Below are positions 46,100 to 58,215 of a DNA stretch of 64,000 nt, piece by piece. Origin of the DNA: Lepidodermella squamata (Eukaryota; Animalia; Gastrotricha). The stretch is from assembly GCA_047495785.1 (NCBI GenBank), contig JBLDXI010000020.1, positions 1,798,001 through 1,862,000 on the forward strand. Reading direction: 5' to 3'. The position numbers were made by a program, and so were the translations under genes. The notes below the pieces were generated by a model that had not been told where the DNA came from, ran no database searches, and saw only the letters and a list, made by a program, of their open reading frames with translations. How positions within the stretch are numbered: the stretch's first letter is position 1; each line of letters begins with the position of its first letter.

Positions 46100-49000
46100 C
46101 TAAGTATATAACTCAGATTCAAGCAAGAAATTACTACGGCTCCGCTTAGTGCTATCAGCACAACCAGAAATGGACTTGAAATTTCGGATCATTACCTTAG
46201 CAAAGATATCCAGAACGAGCTGATTCAAATACTCTCAGATGCAGTGTCCCAACTCATATTGCAACTAGTGAAAGAGGCGAAATATTACTCAATCATAGTT
46301 GATTGCACACCAGACGTCTCCAACAAAGAGCAGGTATCCTTTTCTATCAGATTCGTTAACTGTAATGCAACTGCACCTGAAAACCCGGAACGAGTCAATT
46401 ATGCCTGGAACCGTCACAAAAAATCAAATCCCGCAAATCGACGAGTTCGAATCGAGGAGCATTTCTTGGGCTATATCATCACCGAGGATAGTACTGGGGA
46501 AGGAATGACTGATCTGATCTTGAAGACTCTGCGCGACAAATTTGGATTGAACGTGAAGGATTGCCGAGGTCAAGCGTACGACAATGGTTCCAACATGAAA
46601 GGAAAACATCGAGGGGTTCAGATGAGGATTCGCCAAGTGGAGCGCAGGGCTTTTTATGTTGCTTGTTGGTGCCACACCCTCAATTTGATCATCTGCTCGA
46701 TCGCTAAATCTTGCATCGAAGCCATTTCGTTTTTCGGGCTGCTGCAGTCGATTTTCAATTTTTTGTCAGCGTCAATTGGCAGTTGTTGATGAGCAACAAT
46801 CCAGTTTTCACAGTAAAAACCCTATCTAAGACGCGATGGGAGGAGCGGATTAAAGCTGTGAAGCCGTTAAGATTCGACCCTGTTTCCGTCTTTGACACCC
46901 TGGACGAGCTGGCTAGAATTTTGCCGAAGCCTTCAGACAAGTGAGTAATTGCGATATAAATAAAACGTGTGCATAAAGTACGTTTCGTTGTTAGATTTGA
47001 AAGTCGAAACCTTGCCGATCAAATGACTCAGTCGAAATTCTTGTTAGGAATCGTCATTTGGTTCGAGATTTTGTCGAAGGTCAATGTTGTGAGCAAGTTT
47101 TTGCAAAGCCAAGATGCTGATTTGCAAGTCGGGTTGGAAATGTTGGAAGAGCTCCGCAAATGGTTGCTCGAATTCAAAGCGAATGGTTTCCAAGGCTGTG
47201 TCGTCGACGCCAAGACTCTGGCCCTGGAAAAGCTGTTCCTCGAAGATTTTTCGTTTCCCAAGCCTGAGGATGTGCGAGTCAGGCGAAAGCCGCGTCGGCT
47301 AATCGAGGAAGAGGACATTGAAATGTTCTCAACGCCAACCCCGACTGATCCGTTGATGAAATTCAAATCTGAATTCTTTGATTCTATTATCGACCTTGCT
47401 ATCGAACAGCTGGACGAACGCTTCGTTCAAATCAAAGAGCATTTGACAGTCTGGAGCTTTCTTTTCGACGTGAGAAAATCAGTCTCAGATGACAAAGAGG
47501 CGAAAAGATTCAAATCCGGCGGAGAAAGTTTTGACCTTGAAAGGTGCTGCAAGGCTCTGCATCAAGAGCTAACTGACGAAACTGGGTCAAGCGATATCAA
47601 CGGCGGCGAGCTGTTGCAAGAATTGAGAACCTTGGCAGCAGTTTTGCCCGAAAACGCTGTAAAGCCCATCGATGTTCTAGAATTCTTGGGCCGGCCGACA
47701 CAATAGCTAATCCACAATAGCGAATCCACAATAGCGCGCGACTAAATAGCGAGAATATAGTGATGCCCACAATAGCGTGCGACTATTTAGAAATCCCGGA
47801 ATAGCGCGCGACATATTAGCGAAATTATCAGTATCACCATAATAGCGAGTGACGAAATGGAGAAATTATCGTTATTCAAAAATTGAACATCAGGTTTTGA
47901 TTATTATTCAATTTGTGTTCATTTTTACTATTTAAAAATGGACACCTCAAAATTAAATAGGTCGCACTGTTTTATAAACATGGCGCGCTTTTCTATCGAT
48001 GGATCTATTTCTATCGATGTTAATATGTTTTCGTCGATTAGCGGTTAGCTTTTATTCTTTTATCAAATAGAAAAAGGTCAGGTTGACCGGCCGATAAATT
48101 GACCGTCGCCTGTCAGGTATGGGTCGGCTAAATTCCGGCCGGTTGACCAATAAGCTGAACTATTCCTTATTCCAAAGAGTGCCTATACTTGTGATGCTTT
48201 TAGATGGTAAATCTAGCCATGTCTATCAACTGTGAGATGTTAAGAAGCATGATCATCAATGCTTGGATCTCTGAGCGATTACCTGCTATCTACCCATTAC
48301 TCGAAGCCTATAAGACTTGGAGAATAAGCGCATGTAAAAGCACTGCGCACCGCTCAATAACCGCAATAATGCATTAAATCGCTGATGGTACGAAAAACGT
48401 GTGTCCAAGCTCGAATGAACGCGCGAGAGTGAGACATGCGGCGGGCTCCCGCAGCGTGCGCGATACAATCTTGTTAATAGGCGATTACACACCGGATTAC
48501 ACTTCTCTGAGCTAGAGGAGGCGTCTAAGAAGCGGAAAAACCCTGTAGCGCACCGCACTCGCTGCGCTGAGTAGTGAGGAGTAGTGAGGTTGGAGGATTA
48601 CCCACAGTCGAGCGCTTTCGCACCTGTTTATAGCCACTTGCTTATAGGTTTATGATAGCTGAAACTTTAATAATTCCATTGATTATGACATTTTCTGTGG
48701 CAGTTTCAGACCACCATGTAGAGAATGATGCACTTGGCCACGGTTTTACAATTTAACTCGCTGTAACGAATAAAACAATCGGAAAAAAGCAAATTGACTC
48801 TGCGGGTCAAGAATAGAGGTATAATTGAAAAAATTAAGGAATAATTACCAATATCCATAAATTTTTAAAGAAAAACTGTTGCTTGTTTCTATAACTCGTC
48901 AAACTGTTCAGAAAACTGTTCAGAAAAATGATAAATCAAGGGTGGTGCCCTGACCTAAACCATAAAAAATTCACCCTAATTAGGGTTTATACCAGGCTTC

Positions 49001-49694
49001 CACGACTCCTATTTTCGATATAAAATCTGATTACATGTTTACGATATCTCGCACTTCCATTGAGGCCGCAGGTAATATTCGCCATATTGTCGCCTTCTAT
49101 TGTGTCGCAGCCAGATATTTCGCTATTATGTCGCGTGCTATTCCGGGCAAGATAAATTTTCGCTATTAAGTCGCTTTCTATTTTGTGCCTCGCTATTTTG
49201 GGGTTCCTCGCTATTATGTCGCATTCTATTGTGTCGCCCGGCCAATTCTTGTACTCGAATCAGCTTCAGAACGGCTTTCCCAATATCTTTATCAGCTTGA
49301 GGATATTGCTGACATTGCCAGTGACGGTGGCTAACGCTGAACGCAGCTTTTCGGTATTGAAAATCTTGAAAAACTACCTTCGAAGCACCATGGGACAAGA
49401 TCGTCTTTTAGGTTTAGCGTTGATCGCGATTGAACATGAACTAGCCGAATTATTGGATTACTATCAACTAGTTAAAGTTTTCGCTGAACTCAAAGCTAGA
49501 AAATGCTTTGTTAAATAAATGCATAGACTAGATCTAGCGATGACTCAGAATTCGATGATTAATAGCATCGTTGAAATTGAATATGCAAACATAAGCTATA
49601 AAAAATGTTATATGTTATTTTGCCTATTTTAGATACTTAATAATAACGTGAAGTTATCCCGCCTCGGTCGCTCTGAAGGCTAACGCCGCTCCTG
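46100..49694 (+). mobile_element. Decayed hAT (ZMYM1/DUF4371-type) DNA transposon
   Basis: YLSKDIQNELI, IIVDCTPDVSNKEQ, GQAYDNGSNMKG, CWCHTLNL, KTRW, C-terminal dimerisation domain ANAERSFSVLK; frameshift near 46780; hAT-like right end ...CGCCGCTCCTG at 49694. Left end not found. Confidence 0.9.
47689..49243. mobile_element. 1.55-kb non-autonomous TIR element inserted in the hAT transposase, 8-bp TSD AATTCTTG
   Basis: TIR GGCCGG[CG]CGACACAATAG, subterminal AATAGCG tandem units; TSD at 47681-47688 and 49244-49251; removing it rejoins VLEFL-YSNQLQNGFPN. Confidence 0.92.
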
Positions 49695-49746
49695 TTGAAA
49701 TATTGCACCAGAAATGTTTATAGCACACAGAAGTCGTTATTTTCAT

Positions 49747-51336
49747 TCAATATCCAGCAAAATTAGCAGGCAAATCTATGAGATGAAGGCTTTGCTGGGC
49801 TGGTTCCGGGGAATGTTCATAGTATGAATCACAGTCGCCGGCTGCCGTTTTTTCAGGCGGGTATAGTTTAGCGAACATTGCGTACGGTTCAAACAAATCC
49901 GGGCGTAGCCGAGCAAAATTTCCAATGCTGTCGATAGTGAATTGAGCCGACCATTTCAGCAAACGGTAAACTTCACAAAAGTTGTTCCACTAAGCAAAAA
50001 TTCAGTAAAGAAATCAAACACTGTAATCTCGCCGTATTCAAACTCACTCTCGCAGTTGCGCCATCACCTTGCTGCTGCATGAAGGACTTCACCGCGAATA
50101 ACAGCAGACAATGAACCTTCTTAGCGATATCTGGCCTTTGCAATGGCATTTCGTTTTCTAGAAATCCAATTTTCAGAAAAGGTTGCACGTTGCGCGACAA
50201 GAGCGTACCCGAATAGAAAAGCAAAGCCTGAAGCAAGGCGTATTCGCCGAATGTCGGGCGCCATCTTGCAAAAGCATTCGCCACGGTTTCAGTACATCTT
50301 TCAAGTGGCTTGAAAAAAGCGAGAACACATTAAATTGAATCCTAGCTGCTTGACAGCTGGCTCACCGAGAAAAACGGGAAGAAGTAGAACAGAGCTTCTC
50401 GAATCTTCTCATTCATCGAAAAGAAAGGCGATCCGGTGGGATTTGACGGCAAACAAGCCTCAGCGACACACATTGGAAAATAAGCCTTGCTGAACAAAGC
50501 AGTTCGATCTTCGAATGGCAGTTCATCGTAACCTAAAATAAATCATTACGGCATACGGCATGGAAGGTAAAAGAACCTTACTCGGAAGTTTGCGGACAAA
50601 ATCAGCGCACAAGGCCGAACATCGTTGAAAATCGACCATCATGCCATGCCAAACGCCTTCAGGGGTGTGCAAGTTTGAGAAGTATTCGCTTGGTTTTTGG
50701 GGAACGTTGCTCATGACAACGACTGCTTTTGCCGCAGAAGACAGTATAACCTCGGCCGCGGAGCATTCGAACCTCTTGGGACCCCGGATGACTTCAGCCG
50801 AGATTGAAGGCTTCATTGCTTCACTATTGCTGCTTTCTTGGCTATCGAATCTTGTTCGAGAGCTTGATTCGTCGGGGTCGATTCTTGTCGTTAATCTCTT
50901 TGTTTTCGGCCGTCTTCTTCCTGAAGTTTCAATAGGCTTATAGTTCTAAAATATTTATTTGAATTTTGTAATAACCTCCCACTCTCATCCCAGCCGCATA
51001 ACACTTTTCCAAACGGCATTTCGTACAATTGAACCTTTTACTGCTTCCACCTTCTTCGGCCGCTGTTTCTCTCTTAACTACACATCCGCCCTGTGAGTTG
51101 ATGCACTGAAGGTCGTCGAGAGTGTCGTGATTTCGAGAGAAAAATTTCTGCAACAAAAAAATGATTGATGAATGGGGGATGAGGGTTAGAGCGCAACTCA
51201 CCTTGCAAGCCTCGCATGCTATTATGCCGTACTTGGGTTTATCGTCCGTGAACGCTCCACATACCTAGAAATAACGTAAAATAAGTAAAACACTTCAATT
51301 TATTATTTTTCCTACCAAGCAGGTTTCTTTTTTCAT
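49747..51336 (-). CDS. Divergent nuclear hormone receptor 2
   Basis: MKKETCL/VCGAFTDDKPKYGIIACEACK/KFFSRNH...CTKCRLEKCYAAGM; LBD FVRKLP, GEYALLQALLFY, RPDL. Confidence 0.85.
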
Positions 51337-51641
51337 TCTGAATGGTTAAAATCCGCAGTTTGATGAGTTCAAAGGAATTTTCCCAAAATCGATTTACGCG
51401 TTTGTATTAGAAATAGAACATCACGCATCTGATTTTAAATGCGTCTAGTACGAGTTTTCACTTTTTATATATCAATGAAAAGGCTTCTCCTTGACGTATT
51501 GTTATTTATCTTCTATAATACTTATAATCGCATCAAAATCACGGTACATGGGTGATAAATCAACATGATCGATTTCGACAGGTATCGAGAAAAATTGTGC
51601 GTGACGCGTTAAAATCTTAGTTCACCGATCTGCATGAGGAG

Positions 51642-53092
51642 CTACTTGTTGTTACTTGTCTCATTGAGAACGCTCATCAGTTCGCACCAAGTGCGGCTAT
51701 GTGAAGCAAGATCTGGTCGCGCTTGAGATATGCGACGCATGAATAAGCCGTTTCGAATGGACAAGTCGGCCAAGCACGACCGTAATCGATATAATACTTT
51801 CATCTACGTCATGGAGAAGTGTCAATAAAGAAAATGACAAAAACAGGGTTGATCGAATCTCACCCGGTTTTCCGCTATTATGTTACATCTAGGCTGTATA
51901 GCTGCCAAGGCGAGTTCCAGCGTTTCTAACAGGTTACGAGTGACACCAGGATTTTCCAGAGCATTACTTTCACACCCTAATACAAAGCAAAAAGATTCTT
52001 TGAACCACAACTCGTTCTATGCAAAAAGAGTTACCTGAATAGAAAAAGGATGCCGCTAGCAGTGCTGATTCCTCCCGAGATAGCCTGATTTCACACAGTT
52101 CTGAAGTCGCTCTGTCGACTTCATTCACTATCTCCTATGTAAAATAGCATAAATTATAAATTTGATATTAAAAGCATTTTCAAGCAACCATTTCCAGTTG
52201 AGGGAAGTGGCTGACAAGCTTCGACGTGTTCTCTAGGCTCGCTCTCAAACTAGGAGTTGGTTGTTGTGATCGCCAAACCAAAGCAATCGGCAGGAATGAA
52301 CTTCCAAACAGCTTGCAGCGATCTGATAACGGAATGTCCGTGAAACCTAAGCACAACAGCGGAAGTGAACAAATGAATACGAAAATTTCTATCCGACCTG
52401 GCAGATTTTTAATGAAACCAGTGCAACAAACAACGAAATGCGAAAGACTTTCCATGGCGCCTTTCCAGCTCATCGAACCATTATCTGCTGCAAGAGTTCG
52501 CATTTCGATAGCATATTGTAGCTGTAAACTAAATGTTTGGAAAATTACATTGGGAACCGCTTATAGAAACCTACGAGGAACACACGATCGAATTCTTTGT
52601 GCGCAGCAGTGACTGCGTGCAACATTCTTTCGGCGTTGATTGCCGTGAAATCGCGAGGTATGATTGCTATCTCAGCTGGGCTTCCAACACTCGAGTTGCA
52701 TGACGAAGATGGCGCAACGTCTGAAAGAGATGCATTTTTTCGGACCTTGATCAGAACATGAGTCTCCTACCCTCGATTTTAGGTGTGTATCTCTCAATTC
52801 GTCCATTTTTCCCAAAACGCATGCCCACAGAAAAACAGGCATGCAAGCGGCAGGCGAGGCAGCCTTTCTGGGCAAGGAATGAATTTCGGCTAATATCGCA
52901 TTGGCCATTTTGTCCTTGACACATAACAGTTGCGATTTTGCCGTGATGTCTCGTGAAGAATTTTTTGCATGCTTCGCAAACGTGTGCACCATACCGAGTT
53001 CTTCCGTCAGTTTCCGAACTGCAAACCTGTTATAAATTGTACGCTTGTAGTACGAGCACGACTAGACGATCATCGCAAACCTGACATGTCAT
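51642..53092 (-). CDS. Divergent nuclear hormone receptor 3
   Basis: MTCQ/VCSSETDGRTRYGAHVCEACKKFFTRHH...CLACRLHACFSVGM; LBD FIKNLPG, EESALLAASFFY, RPDL. Confidence 0.82.
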
Positions 53093-53792
53093 TGATCCGT
53101 TCATTTCTCAGAGTCTTTTTACAACTGAATCTCACTTCTGCTTTCACGGTCGGAACAAATAGGCGATGACATGTTCTCATTTACATTCATTGATTTGTCA
53201 CTCTCTTTTCCTGATTTTCTGAACTCCATCAAGTATATCACTAACTGCGCTGCCATTCAAATTAGAGCGCGTGAAATGGGGCCATCAGCCAAGTAGTCGC
53301 GCGCTCGCTTGTGAAAAATAGCACATAGGATTTGTACTGTTTGACCCACAGTTGAAAATTGACGCAGCATTTCGCTTTTTTAACGCATGGTTTGCGGTCA
53401 CAGGTTCGATTCTCAGCGGCCACAACATTTTCAATGCTCGGATTATTTTAGAGCGCGATGAGGAAGTTGTGAATCCGTCAAAAAGGGAATTACGGCCTGG
53501 AATAGATATTTTTTCCGTTGTTTTACCGGCGAAAATATGTCAAGGTTGAGGATTTTAAAATTCTTCAGATCCCCTTTCAACAAAGTAGCCATTTATTAAA
53601 AATTAGCATGGGTGCAGCCATATTACATACTTCAAGCAACCGGATAGAATTCTATTACTATGCGGATTCTGGAACCTCAAGCCTCATACATTCGAACGCG
53701 GTTATCTCAATTATGCTATGGATCCTCGAACAACACCTGACCGTATCCTAAACTAGACAGCAAGACAAGACTATTTAGTCTAGGAAAACCTG

Positions 53793-54624
53793 CTAAGCAA
53801 AGTATATCTTTAGAAGCTTCTCGGCAGAGTCAGCATATTCTACAGGAGCTTGGCATAATAATTGCGTGATAATAAGACTCCAGTTAAGCTGGACCGAATC
53901 AAGTTCAGCCATAATTGAGCTGCGGAGTACATTTTCGGAATTTTCGCAATGGAAAGCATTGCCGTGGCACAAATCAGCGGTATACCGACTCAAGCCTGAT
54001 GAATACCAATTGATAGGAATGTTGCACGATCATTACAATCAAAGTCTTACTTTTGTAAACGAAGAAAGCGGCAAATGACGCCATTTCCTGTCTTGAAAAA
54101 TTTGCCATCAACAAATTTTGCGACAGTGATCGAAGGCAAACATTGAATTCATTTGCGACTTGACTACTGCGAACTTGAAAACATGTGATGAAGCCTCGGC
54201 CACTAAGAGTGTTCGCGATGACCAACGCTTTCAATCCGCCGTAACAACAACGCAACAAAAGTTTGTCAGGGATTTCATTTGGTATGCCTGGTAAGAACTT
54301 GACTTTAATATGTTACATCGAAGTATGCTGTGGTCAACCTGGCAATTTTCGGAGATAATGCAGAATAATGGAGCTTGTTGTTTCAAATTCGATCGAAATC
54401 AAAAGAAACATGAAAGAGTTGGATGTAATAGGAACTTGATTTGGAAACAAAGGAATCTGAAATTCAAATAGTTTGAACGATAGGCTAAAAATTCAGGTAC
54501 ATACATGCTGAAATCTGGTAACTAGTTCAAGGAAAGCTGAAGATAAAGATTCGGTGAACTGTAGGCTGTTTTTAAGCTGGTTACTGATTTCGCTATTCAT
54601 AATTTTGCTAAGGTGCTGCGGCAT
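53793..54624 (-). CDS. Nuclear-receptor LBD-only gene, or NHR pseudogene with a decayed DBD
   Basis: Open spliced frame with HYLRKLPG and QEMASFAAFFVY, and intron positions matching the neighbours; only an out-of-frame RCNKCR..LAK remnant of zinc finger 2. Confidence 0.55.
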
Positions 54625-55551
54625 TTGTTGCACCGCTGTTTGGCTATTTCAGTTGAACCAGTCTCCAGTTTTAATGTCAGATCAGAAAACGATTAAAAAC
54701 CTCAGTAAGTTGATTTACCCTATTACGGTGTGTTACGCTAATTTACCGCAAATGTTGAAATAGCAGCCCGGGTTTATGAAAGGTGCCGCTCAACGACTGG
54801 GCCCGATTTGGTCGATGATAGAAAATTGTCCTTACCCAATTACGATACGTCCCTAAAGGGTTGTGTGTAACTTATGTACTGATGTTATTCGAAACCTGAC
54901 ATAATTGTGTCAATTTCGAGATAATCTTAATGATGACATGCCGTAATAACGCCTACTTGGACAAAGCCATCTTTCCCGACAAAAAATGCTGCAATTCAAA
55001 CCAATGGTGGGCTAGGGCAAATTGTCCTGAAAATAAGAGAACGTAGCTTATTTTTGAAACTATTCGACATTTATGCACTATTTATATTCGACAGCGGCCC
55101 CATAGGATTCAAGCGAGATGCACTGCTTGAAATCCTATGCCGCAAAGATTGAAGGTTAGGAAAAGCTGATGAAAAAAATAGTTGACTGTTGATTATTCCA
55201 AAGATCCCTTAAAAGGACTGCCCCACGCCCCAAATGAAATCCGATGACAAACTATTTATGATTTTTCCGAAATCCAAGTTTACTCCAAAGACCTCAGTGT
55301 TTATGCAAATCGAAAGCTGACGAAACAGTCTGCAATTCCTTACTTTCAACTTTCACTTCCAGCGAAGTACAAGTGGTCCAAGGTTAATCTGTCCACAAGC
55401 ATTACGTAACCCCAATGATTCCTTTTATATCAATACATAACTATGATTATGTTTGAAATCTTTTATTAATAAAAATACTCTCATTGTTAGGTCTCAAGGT
55501 CTCAAGAGTCGGAATTCCCAGTTGAATTTCGAAGTTGAATTTCGCGATGTA

Positions 55552-57026
55552 TTACTTCGCGCCGTCGTCAATCTTGTTCTCGGCCAGCATTGCAATCATT
55601 TCTGAGTATGCTTGATTTGAGAAAACTAAATCAGGCCGAGTTGCTTGGAATTGCGTGACCAGATCCCCATGATTTGCAGCCATAATTCGCAACATGGAAA
55701 ATATTCCATAAAACCTTTCGCACTACAAATTAGGTTAGAGAAATATAAATGAATATTTTCTTGAGCTCTCACTCGATCCTGGCACATCAATGGATTCTTT
55801 GCCAAGTAAGCTTTCAACGCAAAGTCGATGAATGCTGTCCTTTCTTGAATTTTCGCTTCTGTATCAAGAATTTTGGCATTGAAGCTACCTGCAAGAAATG
55901 AATATATAGCTATGATTCAGTGAACTTTGACTCACTACCGCGATAGAATAACAAAGCTTGAAGCAGAGCAGATTCAGCGGGGGAAGGTTGCCATAATCGA
56001 ATCGCTCTCTCCACTTCGTCAATTTGCGAAGCCGTCACCTTTTAGATCGAAAAATCAAGGCCAATTATAGGAAAACCTAGAAAATTCGCTGAATAACCTG
56101 ATAAATTGGAAAATGATGCAGAAATTCACACCGATTGTAGTCATTCATTCCCCATAAGGGCTTCCCATAAGTACACAACTGAGACACTGCAATTGGGATT
56201 ATCGATTTTCCGAATAACTGACATCGATCTGATGCAGACATCTCCGAATAACCTAGATTCAGATTACTTTTGGGCATGATTTTTATTGAATTAGACAACA
56301 AACCTGGCAGATCCTTGATGAAGTACGAGCAAGCCCTTGACATCTGCGTAAAATTGTTCATAGCTCGCAGCCAAACTAGCCTGCTGCTATCAAGCGGAAG
56401 CGGTGAGTTTGATAGTGACAATGGGAGCTTAAATTCCAAGTCACGGCAAATGATAACAGAAAACCGCAAATTCTCACATATTGAAGATCTGCCAAAGATG
56501 CTTGCGCGCCGACTGAAGACCGAATCATCATCTCGGCATTGGTGGCTATCACATCCGGTGGATCATATAACAATTGAGCTGGTGACATGGATGGTGAAGT
56601 TTCTTCCATTTTAATCTCAGGATCAGCTTTAACTTGCTGATTGATCGCTCTTCGAGTTTCTCCTGCCATTATATTCATAATGCTTAAACTTGATTCCAAC
56701 CAACTCAGATGGAACATACCTCTCACTCTCATTCCTGCCGCATAACATTTCGCCAATCGGCACTTTGAACATGGTGGATATCCCCAATGGTAAATAATCT
56801 GGCAATTGTTCGTGCCGGTTTTACACTGCACGGAGCCTGTCAACAATCGATTCCTCAGAAAGAATTTCTGAAAAATCATGTAAATTTTTCTTACAATAGA
56901 TTCATATTTTGTTACCTTGCAAGCTTCGCAGGCGTATACTCCACATCGTATGCTGGACGTTGGCTTGGCGCAGACAGTGCATGGAGTTTCGCGTGGAAGG
57001 GCGCGTGCCTCGAGCGGATAAATCAT
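55552..57026 (-). CDS. Divergent nuclear hormone receptor 5
   Basis: CTVC...IRCGVYACEACK/KFFLRN...CSKCRLAKCYAAGM; LBD FIKDLPG, ESALLQALLFY, RPDL. Confidence 0.87.
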
Positions 57027-57288
57027 GGCCTAAACTTTGATTGAAAAGCGACAAATAGAGTTCGCTGGCTAATTTCGGACTCTACTAATCAGAGGAATAA
57101 AAGAGGTGCAAATAAAGGCTGCAGTATTCCTATTGAAGTGTGATTGATTAGAGGAGAATTAATCTTGACTGTCTAGCGGAAAGTAATTTACGTCATCAAA
57201 ATTGTACCGATTTCTATGAAAAGGCCCTCAATCGCTTCTAATGAAGTGCTTCTAGAAAACAACACTACTAACTCTGATATGATAATTG

Positions 57289-57434
57289 GGCAGACCGTCA
57301 TAACAGAAAATACCTAAAGCAGCAAACGCGACATAACAGCAGAAACCCGTTTCATCTTTCACATAGTAGGTAGTAGGTTTTCGTCGTTTTGTCGCATTCG
57401 CTGTTCTGCGAAGTTGCTGTTTTGTCGTCGTACC
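57289..57434. mobile_element. Old MITE, GG...CC ends, 8-bp TSD GATAATTG
   Basis: Imperfect inverted arms with AACAG/CAGC units; TSD at 57281-57288 and 57435-57442. Confidence 0.6.
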
Positions 57435-58215
57435 GATAATTGAACGTTTCGCCTATCAGTATTCTGATCGAACTTCATTATAGTGAAAAATTTCGGATAG
57501 CAGTTGACTTTAGCCAACTAAGCCGATTTCCAAATTAAATTTATTTTCCACCTGTAGCAGTAAGACACCTTCAAAAGCTGGTTTCCTCCTGGGTCTTCGG
57601 CGATTGAACAGAACTAACAGATGAACAGGGAGCAGGCATCTTCAGATCTGGTATTCCAGCCTCTTCTGTCCCACCCAAATGAAAGGAGATGACATGCTGT
57701 CGGCAGCGTCATCGGTGCCCATATTGCAAGCCGAAAATCCGCAACGACTGTCACGTTTATTTTTAATTGTTTATTAAATATATTATATTAAATAATAATA
57801 TTGTTAATCGGAATACAATGAAAATATTAAATAGCAACCCCTTCAACGTTCAACGTTGCTAGGGGGCTCGGATGCGGTTTTTTCCCTAAAGCGGCAGCTG
57901 CTTCTAACCACTTGACGTCGTTATTCGCGCCAATCTGAATATCCCTGTATTGTGACTGCTGATAGCATTGCTTTCGCTTTGCTTAAGGAATGACTAATTA
58001 TGTTGATATACCTCGCCCTGCTGTTACGCTAGTTTCGCCAGTTCAGAGTTAGTTCTGCCATGAAGCATTTTCTTATCGGATGGTTGCTTATAGGTGTTAC
58101 AAATTAATCACAGATCAAAGTTAATCACAGAACCATACATGATGCATTTCAAGCGGGCATGATGTGTTTACCTCTTTGTTTCAACTTTTTAAATGTATCT
58201 CTAGATTTTTACTTG

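Noticed and set aside
53021-53083. CAGGTTTGC repeated at both ends of the first intron of NHR3 (intron gain by duplication)
   Set aside because: NHR2 has an intron at the same position, and much of the match is splice consensus.
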